Below, in pieces: positions 11,543 through 21,824 of a stretch of DNA of 64,000 bases (position 1 is its first letter; each line of letters starts with the position of its first letter). The notes beneath the pieces are model-generated. The model did not search any database and was not told where the DNA came from. It saw nothing but the letters and a program-made list of their open reading frames with translations. The stretch comes from an uncultured Candidatus Rokubacteria bacterium (GTDB taxonomy: Bacteria; Methylomirabilota; Methylomirabilia; Rokubacteriales; DASRDR01). The stretch is from contig CAVPSB010000022.1 of the NCBI GenBank assembly GCA_963708025.1, positions 160,001 to 224,000 of the forward strand, given 5' to 3'. The position numbers and the translations under genes are program-made.

Positions 11543-11572
11543 ACTTGCAGCCCAATTTCCACCTCGCGCGCG

Positions 11573-13525
11573 CTAGGCAGGAGACGGGCGCCGCTCGCCC
11601 GCCAGCGTCGTCCGCAGCTCCTCGGCCAGGCTCTCGGCGTCCAGGCGGTGGGCCTGGAGCACCTCGGTGTTGCCCCCGCAGAGCGGTACCTGCCGTCAGG
11701 CCCAGGCGCCGGACGCGGGGCAGCGGCCGGCGGGGCAGCTCGGCCAGGTGAGCCGCGCAGCATCTGGCCCTGGCCGCCCGCCACGTAGTGGTTGTCGAGG
11801 GTGAAGATCCACGGGTAGCGCCCGGCGAGGACGTCGAGCCAGTCCGAGGTCGACGCGGTTGAGCCACGGCAGGTTCACCACCGCGACCTCGAGCGCGGCG
11901 CGGCCGGCCAGGAGCTCCGCCGCGCGGTAGGCCTGAGACAGCATGATCGGCCCGTAGGCGATCACCACCGCGTCCCGCCCCTCCCGGACCGTCACGCCCC
12001 GGCCCGGCTCGAGCCGGTAGCCGTCCGGCAGCCGGTAGGGCACCTCGGCCGGGATCGAGACCAGGCGGAGGTACGAGCTCCCCGCGGCGCGGTTCACGCA
12101 GTAGTCGACGGCCAGCTCCACCTCGGCCTCGGTCGACGGCTCGATGAGCTCCAGGCCCGGGATCGAGCCCAGGATGGCGACGTCGCGCACCGACTGGTGC
12201 GAGTGCCCCGGCCCCGCGGGCAGCAGCCCCGCCAGGGAGGCCACGTAGATGACGCGCGTCCGCTCGGTGGCGTTGTTGTAGATCTGCTCGTTGGGGCGCG
12301 TGGACAGGAAGCACGCGAAGGAGTGCACCACGGGCAGGAGTCCCCGCAGCGCCAGGCCCCCGGCCTGAGAGACCATGTCCTGCTCCGCGATGCCGCACTC
12401 GATGAAGCGCTCGGGAAAGCGCTCCCGGAAGGGGATCAGGCCGCAGTCCAGGACCAGGTCGGCGTCGAGGACCACCAGCCGCGGATTGCGCTCGGCCTCC
12501 CGCACCAGCGCGCGGCCGTAGGCCCCCACCAGCCGCTGGACCGCCTCCGTGGCCCGGGTGACCGGGCGCTCCACGCGCTCGAGGTGGAGCTCCGCGGCCC
12601 CGCCCGCTCGCAGGAGCCCGTTGGCGGCGTCGATCAGCTCCGCCACCGCCTTGGCGTAGACGTCGTCACCGGGCGCGCCGCTGTGATAGCGGTAGAGGCG
12701 CGCCGTGGGGTCCGCCGCGTCCGGATCCATCCCGGCCGGCTCCATGAAGGACACGCCCTTGCCCTTGAGCGTGTCGGCGATCAGGAGCTTGGGACGGTCC
12801 GGGAGGGCCCGGAGCCGGGCCAGGGCCTGTCCCAGCGCGGCCATGTCGTGGCCGTCACAGCGGTCCACGTGCCAGCCGAAGGCCCGGAACTTCGCCCCGA
12901 GGTCCCCCAGATCGCTGGTGTCGGCCACCCAGGTGTCGGACTGGATCTGGTTCCGATCGACGATGACGGTCAGCTCGCCCAGGCCCAGGCGCGCGGCCGT
13001 GGGCAGGGACTCCCAGATCTGGCCCTCCTGGAGCTCGCCGTCGCCCGTCATGACGAAGATCCGCTCCTCCCGGCCCAGCAGGCGGTTGGCCAGCACCATC
13101 CCCTTCGCCTTGGAGATCCCCATCCCCAGCGAGCCGGTGTTGGCCTCGATCCCGGCCACCGAGACGTCGGGGTGCCCCGGCAGCCCTCCCAGGCGGCGGA
13201 GCTGGTGGAGCCGGTCGAAGGGCAGGAGCCCGAGCCCGATGAGGACCGCGTAGAGGGCCGGCACGTCGTGGCCCTTGGAGGAGAAGAAGCGATCGCAGGG
13301 TCCACCGGGATCGGGCGAGCGCCGCAGCTCCTCGAGGAACAGCCACGCCACGACGTCCTGCGAGCTGAAGCTGGTCCCGATGTGCCCGGAGCCCGCCCGC
13401 GCGATCATGTAGAGCGTGTTGATCCGGCACGCGGCGGCGAAGGTCGCCGCTCGGTGCGCGGGCGCCACCGGCAGGGTCCGGAGACGCGTCAGCTCGGCGA
13501 GCGGGACGTAGAGGAGATCGGCCAT
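11573..13525 (-). CDS. Transketolase-like ThDP enzyme (N- and C-domains in one chain); several frameshifts near the 3' end
   Basis: SGHIG, SKGH, TGSLGMG, GDGELQEG..N ThDP motif, ECGIAEQDM, GHSHQ; C-terminus (TLDNHYVAGGQG...HRLDAESLA) continues in other frames to TAG at 11573. Confidence 0.88.
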
Positions 13526-13538
13526 GCTCGGGACCCCG

Positions 13539-15455
13539 TCACCCCACTGCCACCGGGGCCACGCTCCCCGGCCGGCTGTCCACGAACGTCCGGTGCCACA
13601 GCTCCAGCATCAGGAGAGCCCACAGGCGATGGTGGTGGTGCCCCCGCCCCGCGACGTGCTCCTCCAGGTAGCGCCGCACCACATCATGCCGGAAGTACCC
13701 CCGCGCGCGCGCCCGGTCACCCAGCAGGAGGTCCTGCGCCGGCTCGCGGAGCTCGTGGCGCAGCCAGTGGTCGATCGGGACCCCGAACCCCCGCTTCCCC
13801 CGGCGCAGCACGGGCTCGGGGAGCACCCCGCGCATCACCCGCTTCAGCAGGTACTTCTGGGTGAGGCCCCGCAGCTTGAGGGACGGGGGGAGCGATGCCG
13901 CGAACTCCATCACCTCGTGGTCCAGGAATGGCGAGCGCACCTCCAGGGAGTGCGCCATGCTGGCGATGTCCATCTTCACCAGCAGGTCGTCGGGCAGGTA
14001 GAGCTGGACGTCGGTATGCACGGCCCGTTCGAGGACGCTGGGCGCGTCCGAGGCATCCCAGGCGGCCTCCAGGATCGCTAGCGAGTCCACCGCCCCGACC
14101 TCCTGCCGGAACTCGGGGGTGTAGAGCTCGGCCTTCTGGGCGTCGTGAAAGCAGGAGAGCCACCCGGCGTACCGGCGCCGCGGGTCCAGCACCAGCAGCT
14201 CGGCGAACCGCCGGGCCCGGTAGCCCGGCGAGCGTGGCGGGCCCGCCGGGAGCGGGCGGCTCGCGACGAAGGCGGCGCGCCGGAGCGTGCGCGGCAGGTG
14301 GTCCAGCCAGCCCGCCAGCACCGTCGCCAGGTAGCGCTCGTAGCCCACGAAGGCCTCGTCCCCGCCGTCCCCGCTCAGGGCCACGGTGACGGAGCCCCGG
14401 GTCATCTCGGACAGGGACATGGAGGGGAGCGCCGACGAATCGGCGAAGGGCTCGTCGTAGTGCCAGACCAGCCGCGGCAGCATCGCCGTGGCGTCGGGCT
14501 TGACCACCAGCTCGCAGTGCTCGGTCTCGAAGCGCTGCGCCACCAGGCGCGCGTAACGCGTCTCGTCGTACTCCGGCCGGTCGAAGCCGATGGAGAAGGT
14601 GCGCAGGGGACCGGAGGCGACCCGCCGCATCAGGGCCACCACCACGCTGGAGTCGATGCCGCCGCTCAGGAGCGCGCCCAGGGGCACGTCGCTGATGAGG
14701 CGCAGTCGGACCGCCGTCTCCAGCCGCGACAGGAGCTCCTCCCCCAGCTCCGCCTCGGTCCCGGCGCGCTTGGGCGTGTACCGGAGCGTCCAGTAGCGCT
14801 CGAGCTCGAGCCGGCCGTCCCGGACCAGCAGGTAATGCGCGGGAGGGAGCTTCCGCAGGCCGCGGAAGGCCGACGACGGGCTCGGGACGTACCCGTAGGT
14901 GAGGTAGTGGTGGATGGCCGTGAGGTCGACCCCGACCGGCACCTCCGGGTCCTGGAAGATCGCCTTGGGCTCCGATGCGAACAGGAGGCGCTCGGGGTCG
15001 TGGTAGTAGACCAGGGGTTTCTTCCCCAGCCGGTCCCGGGCCAGGAACAGGGTGCGCTGGCCCCGGTCCCAGATGGCGAAGGCGAACATCCCGCGGAGGA
15101 AGCGGACGCACGCGGGCCCGTGGCGCGCGTAGAGGGCCAGGATCACCTCGGTGTCGCTCCGGGAGCGGAACACCACGCCCTGCCGCTCCAGGTCGGCGCG
15201 CAGCTCGATGTGGTTGTAGATCTCGCCGTTGTAGGTGATCCAGAGCCGCCCGTCGGCGCTCGCCATGGGCTGGTGGCCGCCCGGGCTCAGGTCGATGATC
15301 GCCAGCCGTCGCGAGACGAGGCCCAGCGGTCCCTCGCAATGGACCCCCGCGTCGTCCGGTCCGCGGTGCGCCAGGATGGCGCCCATGCGCTCCAGCAGCG
15401 CGGGCTCCACGGCCCGCGCCGGATCGAAGTAGAGCTTCCCCGCGATCCCGCACAT
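13539..15455 (-). CDS. asnB: Asparagine synthase (glutamine-hydrolysing) family amidotransferase
   Basis: MCGIAG, HRGPD, NGEIYN, LSGGIDSS, SGDGGDE, SMAHSLEVRSPFLD. Confidence 0.95.
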   Translation of the reverse strand: MCGIAGKLYFDPARAVEPALLERMGAILAHRGPDDAGVHCEGPLGLVSRRLAIIDLSPGGHQPMASADGRLWITYNGEIYNHIELRADLERQGVVFRSRSDTEVILALYARHGPACVRFLRGMFAFAIWDRGQRTLFLARDRLGKKPLVYYHDPERLLFASEPKAIFQDPEVPVGVDLTAIHHYLTYGYVPSPSSAFRGLRKLPPAHYLLVRDGRLELERYWTLRYTPKRAGTEAELGEELLSRLETAVRLRLISDVPLGALLSGGIDSSVVVALMRRVASGPLRTFSIGFDRPEYDETRYARLVAQRFETEHCELVVKPDATAMLPRLVWHYDEPFADSSALPSMSLSEMTRGSVTVALSGDGGDEAFVGYERYLATVLAGWLDHLPRTLRRAAFVASRPLPAGPPRSPGYRARRFAELLVLDPRRRYAGWLSCFHDAQKAELYTPEFRQEVGAVDSLAILEAAWDASDAPSVLERAVHTDVQLYLPDDLLVKMDIASMAHSLEVRSPFLDHEVMEFAASLPPSLKLRGLTQKYLLKRVMRGVLPEPVLRRGKRGFGVPIDHWLRHELREPAQDLLLGDRARARGYFRHDVVRRYLEEHVAGRGHHHHRLWALLMLELWHRTFVDSRPGSVAPVAVG

Positions 15456-15553
15456 CGCTGATCCCTTATAGCACGCCGGCGGGACCCGGCAGGGGGCGGC
15501 GCCCTCCAGCCATCACCCGATCGCCCCGGGGGAGCCCCGGCCGACGGCCGGAC

Positions 15554-16768
15554 TCACGCCCGGCTCCCGGCTGCCACGATCTCGCTCACGGGCCCGGGCG
15601 CGCCGGCCGCCAGGGCCGCATAGAGCCGCGTGTAGCGCCCGACGCACGCCTCCAGGGAAAACTCCGCGGCGACCCGCTGCCGCCCCGCCTCGCCCATCTG
15701 CCGCCGGCGCGCCGGATCGCGGGCGAGGCTCAGGATCGCCTGACCCAGAGCCCGGGGATCCCGCGGGGGGACCACCAGCCCCGAGACGCCATGGGTCACG
15801 GCCTCGGCGTTCCCCCCCACGTCGGTCACGACCATGGGGAGGCCGGCCGCCATTCCCTCGAGGACGCTGTTGTTGAACCCCTCCTCGTGGGATGCCAGCA
15901 CCCCGATGTCGCTCGCGCCGAACAGCTCCGGAACGTCGCGCCGCTCGGCGAGCCACAGGATCTGGCGGTCCAGCCCGAGGTCCCGGGCCCGAGCCCGCAA
16001 CGCGGAGCCGATCCCGTCGTCGCGCCCGGCGCACAGAAGTCGCCAGCCCCCCGGCAGCTCGGCGGCGATCCCCGCGAGGGCCTCCAGGAGGTCGGCGTGT
16101 CCCTTGTACGGGATCAGGTTGGCCACCGTCGTCAGCACGAGCGGGCAGGCGTCCAGCCCGAGCCGCGCTCGCGCCGCCGCCGGCGGCGGCAGCGACCGGA
16201 AGCGCTCGAGGTCGACGCCGTTGTAGATCAGCCCGAGCCGCTCCGCCGCCACCCCCTCGGCCGCCAGCTCGGCCAGGACGGCCCGGGAGTTGGCCAGGAC
16301 CGCGACCATCCGGGCGTGGAGCCGCCGCTCGAGCCGCGCCAGCACCGGATGCCGCCGCTGGTAGCGATTGAGGCTCCGGCGGCTCATCACGCAGCGCCGC
16401 TGGCCCGCCACCAGGGCGCACAGGCCGCCGACCAGGTAGGCCTCGGGGAGGAAGAAGTGGACGATGCCCGGACGCCTACGTCGCATGAGCCAGACCAGCC
16501 GCACCGTGGTCACCGGCGCCGTCACGGCCCACCGGATCGCGCGGGGCAGCCGGCGCAGCGCCGACCCTAGCGGCGGCATGACCACCTCCACGCCGGCGGC
16601 GGCCAGATCGGCCGCCAGGGCTCCCCCGGCGGCGAGCGTGTAGACGAGCGGCCGGAGCCCCTCGCCCGCCAGCCGGGGCAGGATCGCGGCCAGATGGCGC
16701 TCCGCCCCCCCGACGGCCAGGTCGCCGATCACGAAGAGGATCGGGGCGGTCGCGGGCACCGCGCTCAC
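15554..16768 (-). CDS. Glycosyltransferase family 4
   Basis: GGAERHL, VANLIPYKGH, EGFNNSVLEGMAAG; GTGA overlap. Confidence 0.92.
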   Translation of the reverse strand: MSAVPATAPILFVIGDLAVGGAERHLAAILPRLAGEGLRPLVYTLAAGGALAADLAAAGVEVVMPPLGSALRRLPRAIRWAVTAPVTTVRLVWLMRRRRPGIVHFFLPEAYLVGGLCALVAGQRRCVMSRRSLNRYQRRHPVLARLERRLHARMVAVLANSRAVLAELAAEGVAAERLGLIYNGVDLERFRSLPPPAAARARLGLDACPLVLTTVANLIPYKGHADLLEALAGIAAELPGGWRLLCAGRDDGIGSALRARARDLGLDRQILWLAERRDVPELFGASDIGVLASHEEGFNNSVLEGMAAGLPMVVTDVGGNAEAVTHGVSGLVVPPRDPRALGQAILSLARDPARRRQMGEAGRQRVAAEFSLEACVGRYTRLYAALAAGAPGPVSEIVAAGSRA

Positions 16769-17862
16769 CGCGCCGCCGCCACCACGTCGAGCAGCTGGTC
16801 CCACATCCCCATGACCCTCGGGACCCCGAACCGCTCGCGCACCTCCAGCGCCCGGGCCGCCAGGCGCCGGCGCTCGGCGGCGTCCGCCATGAGGCGGTCC
16901 ATGGCGGCGCCGAGCGCCTCGGGGTCCCCCGGCGCGACCAGCAGCCCGTCGACGCCGTCGCGGACGATCTCCCGCACGCCCTCGTGGTACTCCGTGGCGA
17001 TCACCGCGAGGCCACAGGCCATGGCCTCGACGAGTGCCATGGGGAACGCCTCCGTCCGGGAGGCGAGGACGAACAGGTCGCCGCGCCTCAGCACCTCATG
17101 GGGCTCGCGGACCACGCCGCGCAGCTCGACCCGATCCCGGAGCCCGAGCGCGTCCCGCAGCGCCTCCAGGTCCGCGCGCCGCGGCCCGTCCCCCAGGATC
17201 AGCAGGCGCCAGTCCGGACGGGTCGGGCTCACCCGCGCGAAGGCGCGGAGCAGCAGGTCGAACCGCTTCTCCTCCCCCAGGCGCCCCATGGACACCACGG
17301 TGCGGACCGAGGCGGCCGGGTCGCCCGCCAGCCCGGCGTCGCCGGGGACCTCCACCGCGTTCGGGATCACGACCACCCGGGTCCCGAGCCAGGCGGCGAA
17401 GACCCGCCGCGTCCGCTCGTTGAGCACCACGACGCGACGCGCCCCGGGGTAGGTCCAGCGGCGCAGCCCCTGCCAGAATGGGCCGATCCGGGTCAGCGGG
17501 TCCGAGTGCTCGGCGACGATCACCGGGACTCCCAGCGGGCGGGCGGCCAGGAGGGTGAGCACGTTGGTCCGGTCGATGAGGCTGATCACCACGCTCGCCT
17601 TCAGCCCGGCCAGGGTCTCCCGCAGGCGGCGGATCCGCCCCAGGTTGCGCCAGACGGCGTGCACCGGCGTCGGCGACTCCCCGGCGAGCGCCAGGTCCAC
17701 GCGCTTCACCCGCGCGTCCAGCCGGTAGAAGGGCTCCCCGGCGCCGAGGGTCACGACGGTCACCTCCCGTCCCGCCGCCCCCCAGTGGTTGGCCATGGTG
17801 GCCAGCACGCGCTCCGCCCCTCCCGGTCCCAGTGAGCTGATGACGAGCGCGATGCGGCTCAC
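16765..17862 (-). CDS. Glycosyltransferase family 4 (PglJ/PglH-like)
   Basis: ISSLGPGGAERV, GRLGEEKRFD, EAFPMALVEAMACG. Confidence 0.92.
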   Translation of the reverse strand: MSRIALVISSLGPGGAERVLATMANHWGAAGREVTVVTLGAGEPFYRLDARVKRVDLALAGESPTPVHAVWRNLGRIRRLRETLAGLKASVVISLIDRTNVLTLLAARPLGVPVIVAEHSDPLTRIGPFWQGLRRWTYPGARRVVVLNERTRRVFAAWLGTRVVVIPNAVEVPGDAGLAGDPAASVRTVVSMGRLGEEKRFDLLLRAFARVSPTRPDWRLLILGDGPRRADLEALRDALGLRDRVELRGVVREPHEVLRRGDLFVLASRTEAFPMALVEAMACGLAVIATEYHEGVREIVRDGVDGLLVAPGDPEALGAAMDRLMADAAERRRLAARALEVRERFGVPRVMGMWDQLLDVVAAAR

Positions 17863-18959
17863 GCCCCCGCGACCGCCGTCGCGCAGAGCCGCCCGAGGCG
17901 CTCGGCGAAGCCCGCGATGCTCCCCTCGGCACACACCGTCTCACGGCCACGGACGCCGAGGCGCGCGCGGGCAGCCGAGTCGGCGGCCACCCCGCCGATC
18001 GCCGCAACCAGCGCAGCCGCGTCGCCGCCCGGAACCAGCAGGACGTTGTCGCCGTCCCGCATCATGGTCGACGACCAGAGCCCGGCCGTCCGCGTGAGCA
18101 CCACGGGCGCTCCGCACGCCATGGCCTGGAGACACACCGACTGCCCCGAGGGCTGCCGGCTCTCCACCAGCGGGATCACCACGCACAGGGCCTGCTGGTA
18201 CAGCCGGCGGAGCTCATCGTCGGACACCTCCTCGCCGTGCAGCGTGCCGCGCCGCAGCTGGACGTTGGGGGGGACGCCGCGGGAGATCGGCCGGCTCGTC
18301 ACCACCACGAACTCCCGATCGACCCGCGCGGCCGCCTCCATCAACAGCTCGTAGTCCCGCCGGGCGTCGTTCCCCACCGACAGCACGTAGTCCCCGACCG
18401 AGCCGTCCCCGGGTCGCCAGAAGGCCGTGTTAACCCCGAACTGGTTCACCACCAGCCGTCCTTCGGCGAGGCCGTACCACGCCCGGAGCGGCTCCAGCTC
18501 CCCTTCCCCGTACAGCTGCGCCCACATCCGGCGGAGCAGGTAGCCGTTGACCTGGCGCTTGACCCAGTTCGGACGGTGATGCAGGAGGCCCACCAGGATC
18601 CCCACCACGGGAGGCCGGAGCCGGCCGAGGCGGCGCCAGAGCGCGAGCGCCAGGGCGAGCCCCGGCGTGGTCCCGACCACCACGTCGAACCCCCCGAGCT
18701 GGTCCAGGAGCCGGCCCACCGCCCGGAACGAGCCGGGCTCCACCCGCGACGGGAGCCAGCGCCGGCGCTGAAGCCAGCCCAGCGCCGCGCCGGACAGGCG
18801 CCCGCCGCCCGGCGCCTCGCCGGGCTCGAAGTAGCCGACATCGTGAGCGCCACGGGCCAGCTCGATCGCCCCGTAGAAGAACTCGCTCGGCGCCGCGCCG
18901 CGCCGGACCCGGGGCAGGCGAGGCAGCCGCCCCGCGCTGTAGACGAAGGCGATCCTCAC
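17859..18959 (-). CDS. Glycosyltransferase family 4
   Basis: SVGNDARRDY, SGQSVCLQAMACGAPVV; start trimmed to VRIAFV. Confidence 0.85.
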   Translation of the reverse strand: MRIAFVYSAGRLPRLPRVRRGAAPSEFFYGAIELARGAHDVGYFEPGEAPGGGRLSGAALGWLQRRRWLPSRVEPGSFRAVGRLLDQLGGFDVVVGTTPGLALALALWRRLGRLRPPVVGILVGLLHHRPNWVKRQVNGYLLRRMWAQLYGEGELEPLRAWYGLAEGRLVVNQFGVNTAFWRPGDGSVGDYVLSVGNDARRDYELLMEAAARVDREFVVVTSRPISRGVPPNVQLRRGTLHGEEVSDDELRRLYQQALCVVIPLVESRQPSGQSVCLQAMACGAPVVLTRTAGLWSSTMMRDGDNVLLVPGGDAAALVAAIGGVAADSAARARLGVRGRETVCAEGSIAGFAERLGRLCATAVAGA

Positions 18960-18962
18960 GCG

Positions 18963-19005
18963 CCGCGGCCCTGTCGGAGCCCCGCGGCCCTGTCGGAGCC
19001 CCGCG
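18963..19005. repeat. 19-bp tandem duplication (2.3 copies)
   Basis: CCGCGGCCCTGTCGGAGCC twice plus CCGCG, intergenic. Confidence 0.9.
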
Positions 19006-19026
19006 CCCCACCCTCCGGGCCGTCGT

Positions 19027-20151
19027 TCAGTTCCGCCCCGCCGTGCGGGCCAGGAGCCCGCCCAGGAACGCCGAGTGCTGTCGCGCCACCACCGCCGTGG
19101 CATAGTGTCGCTCCACCACCGCGCGGGCCGCCGCCTCCTCGGCGTCCAGATCGATCCCGGTCCCCAGGAGCGCCTCCAGGGCGGCCTCCCACTCTTCCGC
19201 GGTGCCGCACACCCGGATGCCCCCGCCCCCCGCGCGCTCCGCGACGCGCACGTAGCTCGGCACGGGGCTGCACAACGCGACGCGTCCGCAGGCCATGGCG
19301 AGCGTGATCTTCCACTCGGTGTGGCCGAGGTTGTAGGAGTTGTCCAAGAAGCGGGGCGAGATGGCCACGCCGCCCCGAGCATACACGGAGAACAGGTGCG
19401 CGATCCCCCGGTACGGCACGATCTGGTAGGGAACCCGACCCAGCAAGGCCTCGAACTGCGCCCGCCGGTCGGCGTGCCAGCGCTCCAGCGCCGACAGCGC
19501 GTTGGTCACCAGCACCAGCTCCACGTGTCGCGCGTAGCGGCACAGCACGTCCTCGATCGCCAGGATCTCGAAGAGCTTGACGGCCTCCCCGCTCCAGAGC
19601 AGTCGCAGCGGTGCCCCCGCCCGTCGCCACGGTGTGGACGGCGGCACCAGCTCCATGGCCACGCTGTCGGGGATCCACGTCGCGTTGGGATTGTGGCAGA
19701 GGCAGCGGGTCAGGATGACCTCCGAGTCCGCGATCACCCCGTCGGCGGCCTCCGTGATCGCCACCGCCTGGACGGTCTGCTCTCCGCTCGGGAGCATCCC
19801 CCGGTAGTACTCGACGCCCGAGCGCTCGTAGTAGTTGACGTTCGCGTCGAACACCGTCGTCCCCCCGCGCTCCCGGCAGCGCCGCAGCAGCGCGAGGCTC
19901 CGCGGGCCCATCGACTTGAGGAACACCAGCCCATCGTAGCGCCGCCACCGCCGGTAGATCTCGTGGTGGAGCCCGAGCTCCGGCCGGGCGTTGACGTGGG
20001 CGGCGAGCCAGGCGTAGCGCGCCAGCCCCACGCCTCCCGTGGTCAGGCCGGCGGTCCGGTGGAACGGGGACCGCTCGAGCTGGTCGCCGATGACCCAGCC
20101 GATCCGTCGCGGGCGCCCCCGGTCCGAGCGCGAGGGCCTCACGGGCGCCAT
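19027..20151 (-). CDS. Putative GT-B glycosyltransferase
   Basis: LLWSG, ISPRFLDNSYN..HTEWKITLAMACG; operon context. Confidence 0.65.
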   Translation of the reverse strand: MAPVRPSRSDRGRPRRIGWVIGDQLERSPFHRTAGLTTGGVGLARYAWLAAHVNARPELGLHHEIYRRWRRYDGLVFLKSMGPRSLALLRRCRERGGTTVFDANVNYYERSGVEYYRGMLPSGEQTVQAVAITEAADGVIADSEVILTRCLCHNPNATWIPDSVAMELVPPSTPWRRAGAPLRLLWSGEAVKLFEILAIEDVLCRYARHVELVLVTNALSALERWHADRRAQFEALLGRVPYQIVPYRGIAHLFSVYARGGVAISPRFLDNSYNLGHTEWKITLAMACGRVALCSPVPSYVRVAERAGGGGIRVCGTAEEWEAALEALLGTGIDLDAEEAAARAVVERHYATAVVARQHSAFLGGLLARTAGRN

Positions 20152-20173
20152 CCGGCCGCCAGCGGGCGCCCGC

Positions 20174-20974
20174 TCATCCGCCCGGGAAGAACGCCGAGGC
20201 GTCCTTGCTGACGAGCTCCCCCCGCATGTACTTCTCGCGCTTCCACTTCCCGGGCGCGGCCGGCCCCCGCCGCCACGGGAACCCCAGGCGGATCCGCTCC
20301 AGGAAGCCCCGCGCGGCCAGATCCATCAGGTTGGGCCGGTCACGGCCTTCCCGGTCCCGGCTGCTCCGGCGCAGGAAGCAGGTGTGGAGGCACCGGTACG
20401 CCGACTCGTCCCACGACGCCTGCTCGTGGAGGTTCAGGCGGAGCGAGGCGTCGAAGCCCTCCCGGAAGACCGGGGTCCCCCCGTGGAGCCGCTCCAGGCA
20501 CGGCCCGTCCCAGCGAGAGATCGCGTGGAAGTTGTACAGCTTGGTCATGCTGCGGCAGGGCGGCGCCAGGTACCCCGTCGCCTCGTTGCGCTCCCGGTCG
20601 ATCGTCATGCAGTTCAGCACGTTGCCGAAGACCACCCACCACCGGTCCAGCTCGCCCCCGAGCAGGGTCTCCCGGAACCGGGCCAGACCGACCGGGTCGT
20701 AGATCTCGTCCCCATCGACCCCGAACACCCAGGTCCGCGTGCCAGCGAACGGCTGGATCCAGGTGTGGGAGTCACCGGTCCGCCGGATCCGCCGGCACTC
20801 GATCTTGTCGTGGTGGGCGGCCAGTCCCTGGACGATCTCCCACGTCCGGTCCCGGGAGCCGTGGTCGGCGACGAGGACGCGGTCGCAGAAGTCCAGCACG
20901 TTGCGCACCGCCCGCTCGACGTACACGTCCTCGTTCCTCACCAGGCAGATCCCGACGATCTGCGCGTCACCCAC
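20174..20974 (-). CDS. Glycosyltransferase family 2
   Basis: LVRNEDVYV, DHGSRDRT, VDGDEIY. Confidence 0.8.
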   Translation of the reverse strand: MGDAQIVGICLVRNEDVYVERAVRNVLDFCDRVLVADHGSRDRTWEIVQGLAAHHDKIECRRIRRTGDSHTWIQPFAGTRTWVFGVDGDEIYDPVGLARFRETLLGGELDRWWVVFGNVLNCMTIDRERNEATGYLAPPCRSMTKLYNFHAISRWDGPCLERLHGGTPVFREGFDASLRLNLHEQASWDESAYRCLHTCFLRRSSRDREGRDRPNLMDLAARGFLERIRLGFPWRRGPAAPGKWKREKYMRGELVSKDASAFFPGG

Positions 20975-21824
20975 CGGGGCCTCGCTCGGCTCCGGACACG
21001 GAGCGCTCCTCCCGGGCCCGAACCTCCGCCCAGATCTCGCCCCAGTTGACGCGCAGGTCGGTCACGGCCAGGTCGGCCGCCCCGATCTCGGCCACGAAGC
21101 TCTCGCGGGTGTACTCCGTGAAGTGGGTGTCGTCGCTGAAGTACGGGAGCCCGAGTTCCCGGCGCACCGGGATGCGCCAGTCCCGATCGACCATCGGCAC
21201 CCGGATGAGCCAGCGCCGGGGCCGCACCCGGGCCTGGACGCGCCGCAGGAACTGGGATCGATCCTCGATATGCTCCAGGACATTCGACAGGACGACGGTG
21301 TCGAACTCTCCCTCCGGCAAGCGGGTCAGCGCGTCGCCGTGCACGAACGCCAGGTTGGCGTGCCGGAACAGCGCCCGGGCCCGTTCGATGTTCCGCGGGT
21401 CGCTGTCCATGCCCACCACCACGGCCCCGGCCCGCGAGACGATCGAGTGCGCGACGGCGCCATAGCCGCAGCCGATGTCCAGGACGCGCTCGTGGGGCTG
21501 CACCCGCTCGACGAAGAAGTCGTGGTAGCCGGTCACGCGGTGCTTGACGTGCACGCCGTCACCATACCGCAGGGCGACCTGGTTGACGTACCCGCTCAGG
21601 TCGTCCTCGACCTCCAGGAGCGCGCGCATCGCGGCCTCCGGCGAGGGCTGCTCGGCCGCCACCGACAGGACCACCCGGACCAGCCGGCGCCGCCAGGCGC
21701 CGGGCACGAGCCGGAGCGGAAGGCCGATCACGCTCCTGACCACGTTCCTCATCGTCCACCCGTGGGCGGACGCGTGGGACGTCGTCGGGGCCGTCGGGGC
21801 GCTCGACGCCGTCGAATCCGTCAT
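20967..21824 (-). CDS. Class I SAM-dependent methyltransferase
   Basis: VLDIGCGYG, FDTVVLSNVLEHI, DDTHFTEYT. Confidence 0.88.
   Translation of the reverse strand: MTDSTASSAPTAPTTSHASAHGWTMRNVVRSVIGLPLRLVPGAWRRRLVRVVLSVAAEQPSPEAAMRALLEVEDDLSGYVNQVALRYGDGVHVKHRVTGYHDFFVERVQPHERVLDIGCGYGAVAHSIVSRAGAVVVGMDSDPRNIERARALFRHANLAFVHGDALTRLPEGEFDTVVLSNVLEHIEDRSQFLRRVQARVRPRRWLIRVPMVDRDWRIPVRRELGLPYFSDDTHFTEYTRESFVAEIGAADLAVTDLRVNWGEIWAEVRAREERSVSGAERGPGG

Noticed and set aside
18963-19005. Direct repeats as a possible CRISPR array
   Set aside because: Only two adjacent 19-bp copies, no spacers, no cas genes.
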